In this document: in pieces, positions 27,401 to 38,976 of the stretch
Layout: each line of letters opens with the position of its first letter
Position numbering within the stretch: the stretch's first letter is position 1
Origin: Lingula anatina
Taxonomy: Eukaryota > Animalia > Brachiopoda
Assembly (NCBI GenBank): GCA_051362555.1
Contig: CM120640.1
Span: 10,478,001-10,542,000, forward strand
Length of the DNA: 64,000 bases
Reading direction: 5' to 3'
The notes under the pieces: model-generated
Databases searched by the model: none
The model's input: only the letters and a program-made list of their open reading frames with translations
What the model was told of the DNA's origin: nothing
Program-made: the position numbers and the translations under genes

Positions 27401-30400
27401 ACCAGAGACATATCTAGTGTCTATGTATATCATGTCTAGTGAAAAATCAATCTGTGGCCCTGGTAGAGGGTAGTGTACTTGCATGCTTTCTGTTGGCTTG
27501 TTGTTAATAATACATACTGAAATCCACATTGACTAATCCTCCTGCATTAACAAAACAGTGTGTCTTGATATGTTTCCCAATCCCTCCAAGGTTGGGGAGG
27601 AATGGCAGTGGTGTGTACAAATGCAACCCTCCTAACCAATATGAATTAGCACCAAGTGAATTCCCTGTAAAAAATCAGATTTATAATTTAAATACAATTC
27701 TGAGACTTTTGTACTGGAACTATCAAACTAGTTAAGTTTCAATACACTTATTGTGTGACATCAATATATGTCAAATTGTATTTAAGTACAGTAATGTCTA
27801 TTCACTTGGTCTAATATGAACAAGAAAGCATTCACAGAATAGTTCTTACCATCACTAGTTGGTCCCACGCCGTTGATTTTAAATCCTCGTAAACTGAGTG
27901 GTCCTCCCAAGAAGTACTTGTCACTAACTTTGACTGCTGTGCCATTTAACGACCTTAACACACCACTACCAATATTTAACTGTAAACTCTGAAATTTGGA
28001 TTAAAAGTTGTAGTTTCTATTTGTAATAACCTTCTATTGAAAAAAAATTGGTACATTAATCTATATTAAATATAGTGCCACATAATAAATCCATAAAGAC
28101 AAAAGCATATTTTAGTTACTTTGTCAGAGATGTATTTACAACATACAACATTTTCAGCCATTTTCAAGAATTTTTCCAATTTTTATGAAACAATATTTAT
28201 TTTGAAAGTGAATCATGTACTGCTTCACAAAATCATAAAACCATTGTTAAGATACAAAGTGCTCAAGTAAATGAAGAAATAACTTACTGCGCCAAATGGA
28301 AGAGATTTGTTCATTTCTAGTTCTAGGTCATTCTTTAAAAACTTGACGTCACCCCCAACTCCTGCATATTCCTAAATTTGAAAAGTTCAACAAAATTAAA
28401 ATAAATATTGCCAATTCATACTTTAAACAATTACACAAGTGGAGAATTCTTAACTTCAAATGAGACAGAGAGGGAGAACATAACGAAACACACCAAAACA
28501 AACACACACACACACACACATGCATGAATACCTGTGTTGTTTTCAGTCTGTAACCACTTTTTGGAAAAGGTGTTGTTCCCCTTCTGTCTCTAATGAGTGT
28601 ATGCTACAAATGAAAAAGAAAAAACTACATCCAAACACGATTTATGTGCCCATGAAATGGATATGGCAAAACCTGCCGAGTCATATATACAAGCTTTCAG
28701 AGATCAGCTCTCTACAACAGTAATATCTTGACCTAAGTGACAGTACAAATTGTCTTTATTACACCTTTGCACAAACCATAGTGGGGTATTTATATGTCAC
28801 TCACAAACTTTTAACTGTATTAGAATAAGTAAACACTGCAGCATACTTGTCAGTAGAAAAAAATCTCTAAAATATTAGACATTTTCAATCATTCAGATTT
28901 TTCAATCACTGATTTTTTTTCAGAAAATGAACACCTACTGATATGGAACTTTTCATGGAATGTCCCATACTTTCTCGTATAGGGAAAGAAGTTTTGTGAT
29001 TCAGGCAATTGGCTTCCCTCCAAAATCCATTCCACTGCAATGTGTGTGTACCAAATGCACTTGGGAACTAAAAATGCAATGTTGTTTGTTGAAATGACTT
29101 AAAAAAACAAAAACAAAACAAATATCAAGATGCAAAATGCACAAATAAATAAATGCCAAAGACTATTTTATTAGTGAAACTGATGAGCAACATTATGCAA
29201 TTTGATTCACATCATGATTTACTTAACATATATCAAATATTTTTAAGTACCATTAAACCGGAATAAATCCCTCTGTCAATCTGCTTAAAACCTGCCCATT
29301 CTTGTGTTCCTCTGTATTGCTGAACACCCAAAGAATATCTAAGAAAAAAAAAAGCATCAGGTCAAGTTATAACTTCCAAATCTCAACAATCTGACAATTT
29401 ATGAATTAACAACATTTAGAGTAAGTCATACAGTTTGTACATGAAAAAATATTCACTTACAAAACATCAGGATCCCCTCCCAGAGGTTTGGTAAATTTGA
29501 GGTTAATCCTAGAAGTTGTAGCACCATAAGAATAGAACTGGTAGTCAAGCATGGTCTTCTCCGCTCGGCCAAACAGGTTGCGAAAGTGAATCTGCATATC
29601 CTGGATTACATAGACAGATAAACAAACCACAATGAAAAAATACTGTTAATGTCAAATCAGTGGGCATGTATATTAAATTTAAAACTGGAAACAGTCAACA
29701 TATCTTGGATATGCTGACAGGACATACAGGTCAACTTGAAATTCATGTTAGAGTCTTATGTATTGATTAACACTTGAATAAAAATATTAAAATATTAAAT
29801 TTTTGCTAGCATATACTGACTGGGGTAATATTTCCATTGAGATCTGAATTCATGTGCATTCCTCCATTCATTGTACGCCCCTCCTTTACATTAACAATCA
29901 AGGAATAACTATCTGGCTTACTACTGTCTGAAAAGAAAAACAACTTTTCTTGAGATGCATATGTGTGGACATGCGGATCCATATACATCTAGGTGATTAT
30001 GTAGATTTATTTGTGACAGCACTACAACTCATAAGGATTTTATATAACTTATCTTTATTAACTTCTATCACATATGTGAAATTATACTTAATGGATATTC
30101 ACTTTAACTACAACTCTTACTTATCTAGTGTGATTTACAAAATAATACCATTGGCAGTATCCAGTTCAACATTAGTAGCACTGAAGATATCCAGTCTTAA
30201 AAGTCTCTCACGGGCTTCCTCGGCTTTCCTGTACACCTATAACACAGTAACGCATGTTATGATATTGTAATTTAATCCATAACTATACTTTTCACTTAGG
30301 CTTATTTTCACTAACAAGATTAAAATATAGAGTTTAAATATTTCTGTTCAAATACATTGAGGTGTAAAGCTGTCTATAAGGCATACAGGCACATTTACCT

Positions 30401-31259
30401 CATACAAGTTCTCTGCTGTGAAGACACCTGGAAACTGTTTGAGGACAATATCATCTTTTGTTTTATTTAATCCCTTTACCATCACCTTCTCAATCCGGGC
30501 CTGAAAAATAAATGACTATACTTGACAAGGAGATTGACATAAAATTTCTACATTGTATTTTGTTATCAAGAAGCAAAAATGAACTTCCACTCAATAACCT
30601 TTTCTACTAAGCAGTTTTAAAATACTAAACTACATGTACATATATGTGCTACATTATTTAAACTGATTGGAAAATACCTTTTTAGACATAAAAGTTTTGT
30701 TTATTGGCAAGTAAACATTTCCTTCCATATCCATCATGATGTTCATTTGGTCCTCCTAAATAGAAATGTTTCATGATTAGAGCTTTATTATTAATATTAA
30801 TACTTGCATTGCATGTACTATAGCTGCTATGAAAAACTTAACACTGATCTAGTCTGTTTAAAAGTTTCAATGGTCACAATGAACTGTTAATAATTGTTAT
30901 GGTAAAAGTAAAAGAAATAAAGCATCATTACTGCTACTGAGTGAGTGAGTCTGAGAAGGCCTTGCGACATAAAACACTAATTAAACAAAAAATTGTCTGT
31001 CTCCTTGGCCAATATGTAATGTGTGTGGAGGGGAATGTGTGTGTGCATGCGTGAGAGCATACGTTTGAGTGTACATGCATCCGGGGGACGGGCATCTTAT
31101 GCCATGATACGACTTGCAAGCACATGTTACATGTACATACAGCACGTACAATTTATCATTATTTACCAATCAAACACACTAAGCATGCAATTACTGTATA
31201 AATCGAAATGAATACCAGTTGTATTGACTCACATCTGCTGAGTTTGAATTGGATGTCAT
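24441..31259 (-). CDS. SAMM50: Sorting and assembly machinery component 50 (Omp85 family), 14 exons, about 461 aa
   Basis: Exons 31233-31259, 30678-30755, 30399-30500, 30149-30236, 29821-29927, 29461-29600, 29251-29338, 28939-29067, 28532-28603, 28288-28371, 27850-27988, 27518-27664, 24898-25036, 24441-24486, all phase-compatible. Motifs GLNKTKDDIV, NLFGRAE, FLGGPLSLRGF, YWLGGLHLYTPLPF, RLELNYCVP, GLQFGIGIKF. Confidence 0.92.
26043..26130. repeat. Short tandem duplication, about 43 bp x2
   Basis: aaaaaggttttccacgtgtccaacttttttcaattttttttt occurs twice in succession. Confidence 0.85.
26331..26850. mobile_element. PIF/Harbinger-type MITE in a SAMM50 intron
   Basis: Imperfect terminal inverted repeats of about 123 bp (gcctttgttcacatggaaagtc... 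/ ...gactttccatgtgaacgaagcc), flanked by the 3-bp TSD TTA at 26328-26330 and 26851-26853. Confidence 0.85.
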
Positions 31260-31666
31260 CCTTTAAATTCTTCAAAAAACATTCAAATGAAATGTGTTCT
31301 ACCGGTTTTCCACACGTTCACCCCCAGTCTCCTCCTTGGAGAAGAATGAGTACCTTTATGTGATATGTCGTTATAATATTTTTTGAAACTATGTTACGTG
31401 TAAATCAGTAAATTGATGCTAAACGTATAAATATAAGTCTATTTTATATTCTTTTAAAATTATTGAATATGTATACATATATTAAATAAGCATTGCATTA
31501 TCAATACATTGCCACAGCCACACTTCACGTACCCACAATCGATACTTAGTAATAACATGCCGTCTTGGTGTGTGGAAAGTTCTTGATTGTTCCACAGTTA
31601 CTTCCGCAGTTTCATTGTGTGCACAAAAATCTGGTCGAAATAAGTGATATTGAGTTCGTTACAAGT
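31260..31666. promoter_or_regulatory. Probable bidirectional promoter between SAMM50 and HSPBP1
   Basis: Divergent start codons about 400 bp apart; ETS-like ACTTCCG near 31600. Confidence 0.5.
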
Positions 31667-34175
31667 ATGTCTGGAGAAGGTTTTGATCGAAATATATACC
31701 CCACGGATCTGAGGCATCTTTTAAAAATTTGCCTAGAACAAACGAAAGAAGAAGATGCGACTGGACCTTCTAAATACGAGGAGATGTCGGAAGAGGTATA
31801 AGTTCCATTTTGTCGTTGTCTTTTATCGATTTGGTCTGTTACTATCCACTGTTCCTGCTTAAGGTCAGTAGAACTTTTGGCACTGTTGACCCAAAGGTCC
31901 GATCTAGGCTAAAAAGTGTTTAGCCCGGACTGGAAAGGGGGGGGGGGGGGGGATTACAACCGGTTTAATCGACTCTGCAGATTAATGAGGTGACACCAAG
32001 GTGTTTCCATAAAGTGAGCTTTGGCATATTATAGTGTTGGTGGATATGATGTTACACTAACAGTCAAATATTGCTCATTAGGTATGTTTCAAAAAGAAAA
32101 GCTATTTTAGTATTTTCAAATTGTGTGCACATGCATTACATCAGATATTCAATTTGTATAATTTAATTTATGAAATCTACTTGTGTGCACCAGTTTTGTG
32201 GGACCACAACATATACAGATCGTCATATATGCTGTTTAGGAAACCACAAAATCTGTACTGAAAGCTTTTGTCATTTTAGAGAAGAAAATGGCTCGAGGAA
32301 GCTATGAAAGCAGCAACAGAAGACCCAGTTGTAGAGATGAAAGAATGCATTAGAATCTTGATTGAAAAGGGGGACAGTGAAGATGAAATAGAAGAAAAAG
32401 AAGAAGCTCTGGAAAAATTGTGTTTTTTATGTGAAGATATGGACTTGTCACAAGGTAGAGGGATCTAATCTGAAGATGAGATATTTGATCTAAATTTATT
32501 AAAAAAAGCTCTCCTTTAAAGGAAAAATTCTTCTTTTGGTCTAGAGCAATATTAAAATGAGTATGCTTTTTAAAAAGATAATATAGCGAAGTTAAAAATA
32601 GTTATTGTTTTCATGATTATTTTGATTCCAGATTTTCATAAAATTGGTGGTTATGCCCTTTTGCCACATCTTCTTCACAATGACTCCTCAGACATCCGTT
32701 GGAGAGGTGCAGAATTGATAGCCAACCTTTGCCAGAACAACCCTTACTGCCAGATAGCAGCACTTGAGGCCAATCTTTTACCACTCCTCATAGACACATT
32801 GGAAAAAGATAGCGTGGTGCTAGTAAAAGTGAAAGCTCTATATGCAATGTCATGTAAATATCAGCTTTCAGAATCTGGATTTTGCTTTAAAAAATATGGT
32901 GTTCAAAGAGCCATCCTGTGCAAAGATTTTCAGTGATGGTTTAGCCAGTAATTACCTTTATAATTGGATATACACATTTGTTTGCTTATTTATCAATTAA
33001 TTTATTTTGCAAAATTGAAAGTGCATATGTTTGAAATGAAAATATGTTGAAGTTAAAAGTGACCATTAAGTGACATTTTATTTATTAAAAACAAATTTAC
33101 ATTGAAATTTGAATGCACTTCAATTAATGCTTTATGTCAATAGCACTATATTGAGAGAATCTTAGTTCTCACATTATATCAACTCATCAAGTGGATGATG
33201 TTTAAAGCCATTTAATTATTATTATTTATTTTTTTTGAGAAACCTTAACCCTTTGTGTTTTTGTGCAGGTTTTGTGCGTGGTTTCACAGATGGAGAAGCT
33301 GCCTTCATGAAAAGTAATGGACTGTCTGTGCTAATGAGAGCCATGCAGGATGGAGATGACAAATTAAAAGTGAAAGCCACATTTCTCTTAAAGTGTTTAT
33401 TTTCACAAAACCGTCTTATAAAAGGTATATCATTACATTAAATTTTATTTCTGCACATTGTATAGAAAATTTAAGCATTACAGTTGATCAGGTGTTGTAA
33501 TTATAGTCAACCAATGAAGAGGGTAAAATATGACATGTATTTGACACGAAATCTGGTAGATCAGAAGACACTTAAAATTATAATCGTTTTCTATTTCATA
33601 GATACACTGTGTGATATGGGTATGGTGGAACAGTTAGTGGGACTATTAAGTGAACAGCACAATAATAACCATGAACATTTTATGAATGCCTTGTTAAGCT
33701 TGGCAACTGAGCATCAGAGAACTATAGAGGAATGTCAGAGACCAGAGTTACATATGAAGGAATTGTTAAAAAACAGGATCGAATATCTTACAGGAAAAGA
33801 AGAGTTTTTGGTGAGTAGATAAATATCAATAAAAAATCAATTCTGTAACAGTGTAGTAACATATTGGTTAACACAGTTGAAGGCATTATCATATTAAAAT
33901 TGCTTTTTTACTCAGATGAAATGGCTTGTGTTGCTCATTTTAACCTAAACCTCTTTAGTACAAGTCAAATTAGTAAAGTATTTTGAAGGGTGAAAATTGG
34001 TGAAAAAATTGTATTTAAAATCTTTAAACTTGCAAATCTCCTAGTTATTGAATCAACAAGCAGACAATATATGCATATATTTTTTCAGGAGGAAAAGGAA
34101 TATGCGGAACAGCTAAAGAAAATGTGTTTTGGATCTCAAAATAAAGAGACTGGAGAGACTCCTGTGAACAGATAG
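31667..34175 (+). CDS. HSPBP1: Hsp70-binding protein 1 (Fes1/armadillo-type nucleotide exchange factor), 6 exons
   Basis: Exons 31667-31795, 32280-32454, 32632-32853, 33269-33424, 33602-33810, 34089-34175. Motifs MSEERRKWLEEAM, DFHKIGG, IRWRGAELIANLCQNNPYCQ, VKVKALYAMS, GLSVLMRAMQ, TLCDMGMVEQLVGLL. Confidence 0.92.
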
Positions 34176-35059
34176 GAACTTACCTTGATGCTCATTCTGT
34201 TATTGAGAATTATTGAGTACTGGCTGTAGATCCACACTGCATTTTGCAACTGAAGAAAAACATGAAAATGCATTTTTCAACCACGTCATATTTTACTGTC
34301 ATTTTTTTTAGGTACTGAAATGATGGTACTTTCAGTGAATTGGCATCCCTTTCCCGTATATTATTTTCCTGCCCAATGTAGACACCAAATGGATTTAAGT
34401 TTTCAAGGTAATTTTCACTAGTCAAAGCTTAAGGCAGGATTTTAGAAGGCCACTTGATATGTTTTATTCAATTTTTCATGTTTAATTTTGCTATCAAGGG
34501 TCTTGTGGATCCTCTCTAATCTTCTTTGTGATTGGAAATGGTACTTTCTTTCTAAGGCCTAGATATGACCTTGTCCCAAAAGATTAGGCTACTCTATGCC
34601 TATTTGTTCTCCAACTTATTCTGTTATTTCTCTCTTGCAGTTTAGTATCTTTCATTAAATCTAAGTAACTGTAACGGTTGCCAGTTAGTCCTCATCATCT
34701 CCATGTTTGAGATATCAGCATAGAGCTCCTGCTATTGTGCTGTTCTCAATAGGCTAATGTAGCTTCCTTGCTGATGTTTGGAAGTTGCTCTGTTAAGTGC
34801 CCAAGTGTCACTTAGGAAATTTTTTACAGTTGTTGTGCAAATATATATTGATTACTTGAATGTATCTTAGGAGAATCTAATACTTTTTTTTCTCATTTTA
34901 TTTGTGCCATTATGTTTGTGCTTCCTTTTCTGCAATATCTTTGTACGTACTCTCTTTGTGTGATCTAAAGTTGGTGAAGTCAGCTTATCACTATGATTAA
35001 GTTTAATAATAATTGTAATTATAAACAAAATTTTCACAATTAAATCAAAATTTAAATCA

Positions 35060-35280
35060 ACTGCTGGCAGTGATAGAATCTGATGTCTTGTGTTAGAGGA
35101 TTCTGTTAACTGGTAGTATTCTACAAGAATGTGTGTGAGACTTTCGCTGACTTCAGGATTCTCTGGCTGTTGAATTTGTTGTCTCAAATTATTCTCCTGG
35201 CTAGGAGCTAAGCAGTCCAACACAAGGTTCACGCCCTCCCTTATCTTACGTGTGTATATAGCCTCTTGATACAAGGTGTC
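35060..35280 (-). pseudogene. Isolated coding-like fragment, possibly a transposon-derived relic
   Basis: The first ~70 aa of ORF 34867-35274 (GVNLVLDCLAP...LVEYYQLTESSNTRHQILSL) look protein-like and then decay into AT-rich sequence. Family not identified. Confidence 0.25.
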
Positions 35281-36299
35281 ACTTTTTCAAGAGGGGGGAA
35301 AACGGGGTTTCTCTGAATAGGTTCCAAATCACCCTTTCTCAAAAACTGATTGAATGCAGACAGCTTCATTTTTACAGCTGGGGTTGGAGCCTAGGATGAC
35401 CAATGAAAATGAGAATTGTGTGGTATTTTTAGCACATTTTATGGTATCTTTTTGTGTCAAATCTAGGTGGCCTCTAAGTGCATCTTGAAGGTTTTCTCCT
35501 CACTGACAATCTTCAGAATGTCTTTTTAGTTCTGCTAAGTGTTCTGATGAGTGTATGTATTTTGAATGAGGAATAGGCTAAATATCATTATGCACTGCCC
35601 ATCTTTCTTATCAGAGTGTGTAGTATAAAATGTTATTTACAGTGCAGTTCATTTTTGGAAACCTGGTTGAGCCTCGTTTATGACATCATTTAACTCAGTT
35701 CGTCAATCTATTACATTATATTCCAGAAGATCTTACCTGTTACCTGGCAGTGTAAAACCCCAATAATAATTTGGGTCCCTTCTCTTTTTTTTTCATGGGG
35801 AAAACAGTCTAGCTGGTAGCCTTCGGCTTAGGGCTTTGCCTTTAAGGGGAAATTAAAGCTACATCGACTGGGGACATCTAAAAAAAATTGGAAAGGGGGG
35901 TTTGGGGGGGCCCCATACCTTGCTTGAACTTCAATCTGATTCTTTTCATCCAAAGCCTGGGAAGTGTCAGTAGCAAATTATAGGGTTTTTTTTGTTGAAT
36001 TCTGGGGGAGGGGAACTATGAAGGAAATGAAAAAACCCATAACAAGAAATTATGAGGAGGCACTGTCATAATTTGGGAGTAATCTAGTTATCTCCCTTCG
36101 ATAAATGTAACATCTGCTAGAAGAATGTCTCCCATGACATTAAAGGCTCCTTCTACTTGTGGCCCATGAAAGCAAGCCATGAGAGACAAGGCCATCTTGC
36201 TTAGTGCAGGGTATCTCTCTGTATCCCTGACTGAAACCCACCAGATATCAGCTCTGTCAGTATCAGAATACTGAGGAAAGGAATTGTCAACCTGAAAGA

Positions 36300-38976
36300 T
36301 GTAATGTTACAAGCAGAGGAGCGAACACCAGACAACACGTTGTTAATAATTACTCAACTGCAGCACACAGCCGCGCTTTATTCTAATTGGATAATATTAC
36401 ACAATGTGCATGACGCACCACTATGTGACATCCCCCCCCCTTTTAAAGGAAAAAAACTAATTAACATACAGACAATCACTTACCAATTACTTATATGTCT
36501 AGCTACAAAATTTGATACACATGCTTATCTTAAACATTGTATTACCACCTTAGTTAAAGTAATAAAATACAAATAAAAGTAAAAGTTCTGTTATGATTGC
36601 CTCTGATCAGCAAAATGCATTTTATAATTAGTGCAATAACATTAAACACAACATGTCTCCTCTAGTAAACAGTCCGTATTAATCTTCCTGAGTGCATAAA
36701 GTCAATGCAGTACTTTTCAACAGTACCTTTCTTATACACAGACATTTAAATGGGTTACAGGCACTGTGTACAATCAACAAGTTTTTTTTTTTTTTTTTGA
36801 AATGTAACAACAAATAAACATGCAGTCACTTCATTTCATAATCTGCTTGCCACCTAGGCAGATGTCTCTCCCGAGTACTACGCCTACACATTTGTGGCTG
36901 AGCAATTTGTTTTCCAGTTTCATTGTTCTGGTGCACTGTTTTACTCGTACTAGTATCTGATGGTTCAGTATCCATAACATGCGACTCAGGCACCGAGTCA
37001 GGAGACTTGTTTATCATGCGTTGGTTTCTACGATATGAATGTCCATCCGGAGTAGTCACCTCATATGACCTCGGCGTATTATGAATATCTGTCACTCTGG
37101 CATGTTCCCAATTTTGTCCTAAATTCACACAAACACTATCTCCCACATTAAATGACTGGTGATATTTAGCACTTCTATCATAATAGAATGTCTGCTTTTG
37201 CTGACGCTTGTGCAGCTTTGACTGTGCATCATTTACCACCTTTGGTTGCAGCAAGTTGTTTGTAGTAGGCATTTTATCTTTTAACCTCCTACTCATTAAC
37301 AATTGAGCTGGTGATGAACAGCTAAAGGTGTATTTCTGTATTCTAACAACGATATGTGAGGATCTGTACCCTCTGCTTGTGCTTTCTTAAGCATTCCTTT
37401 AATTGACTGCACAAATCGCTCACTTTGACCATTAGACAGAGCATAAGTGGGACTAGTATAAACACAAGTGAATCCCCACTCTTTCGCAAACTGCACTCTT
37501 ATGCAAAAGGCATATTATCACTAACTAAGGTATCTGGAATACCATGCCTTGAAAACTGGTTTCATTGCTGCAATAACACCAGCTGCTGTTTTGTTTTGCA
37601 GCTTGACAACTTCAGGAAACTTTGAATAATAATCAACTATCAACAAGTAATTATGGCCTGCAAACTCAAATATATCTGAACCCAGCTTTGACCATGGACG
37701 AGTTGGCAAAGAATGTGGAATCATTGGTTCCTTGGGATTCTGACGTGCATATGTGGCACATACTGGGTAATCAGCAATCTTGGTCTCTATGTCTTTGTTG
37801 ATATTAGGCCAATACATAATTTCAGAGGCTCGTGCTTTGCACTTTTCACTGCCAGCATGTCCTTCATGAAGTGTAACAAGCATTTCTTGTCTCATGGCAA
37901 CAGGAATTACAAGTCGCTCTCCAGCATATATCAGTCCTTCCTCCACATGCATTTGTCCTCTTAAATTCCAATATGCCTGAATTTCTGGTGCTAGGGAAGA
38001 CTTATGCTGAGGCCAACCATTCACAATATGGTTATGGACCAGCTGGAGGCTGTGGTCACTCTGAGTAGCATCTGGAAGTTCCTGAATCCTGTGCGTGGAT
38101 GCTGGCAAAAACTGAGTAACAGTATGAATCCTGTACAGTCCCTCTTCTAACTGAGAATCTATGCTCTCCTTAGATGTGTCATCAACATACGCATGTGACA
38201 GCGTGTCTGCAATGTACAACTTTGAACCTGGTACATATGTCACGCATAGATTGTATTACATCAATTTTAACAACATCATTTGCATTCTAGGAGACACCTG
38301 GTGAAGTGGTTTCCTTATAATTGCCTCTAGAGGTTTGTGATCACTCTCCACCATAACCTCATTGCCATAAATATAATGGTGAAACTTTGTTGCTGCATAC
38401 ATAATAGCTAAAAGTTCCTTCTCGATCTGTGTGTATCTCGTCTCTGTATCAGTTAATGCACGTGAGGCATAAGCAATAGGTTGACCATCTTGTAATAGAC
38501 ATGCACCTAATCCCGTAGATGACGTGTCTGCTTGTATTGTCACTGGCTTGGATGGCTCAAACAACTTCAGCACTGGTTCTTCTGAGAGTACACAGATCTT
38601 TTATTTGTTGCATGGCAGCTTTCTGCTCTGGTCCCCAATTCCAAGGTACTCCAGCTTTCAACAAACTGCTGATTGGACTCATGGTAGAAGACTTATTTGG
38701 AATAAATGGTGATAGGAAATTCAACATTCCTGTTAAACGCTTCACTGCCTCAGTATCAGTTGGGTCTGGCATTTCCAGAATTGAGCGAATCTTCTCTGGG
38801 TCTGGTCGGATTCCTTGTGCTCCAACAATCATCCCAAAATATGATACACTGTTTTGTTTCAACTGCGTTTTCTTGGCATTAAAACGAACATTCTTCTCCA
38901 TGGGGATGTCACATAGTGGTGCGTCATGCACATTGGATAATATTACACAATGTGCATGACGCACCACTATGTGACA
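36300..38976 (-). mobile_element. 5'-deleted Ty3/Gypsy LTR retrotransposon
   Basis: TG...CA termini; 5-bp TSD AAAGA (36295-36299 and 38977-38981); 131-bp 3' LTR at 36300-36430 preceded by a polypurine tract (G-run, 36431-36444); degenerate pol in RT-RNaseH-integrase order. Confidence 0.92.
36826..38900 (-). pseudogene. Frameshifted Gypsy pol (end of RT, RNase H, integrase)
   Basis: GIRPDPEKI; IQADTSSTGLGACLLQDGQPIAYASRALT; YTQIEKELLAI; SDHKPLE; LHEGHAG; PWSKLGSDIFEF..YLLIVDYYSKFPEV; SNGQSERFVQ. Split over several frames. Confidence 0.9.

Noticed and set aside
32040-32100. Possible intronic C/D snoRNA in HSPBP1
   Set aside because: Box C is imperfect and there is no paired box D or terminal stem.
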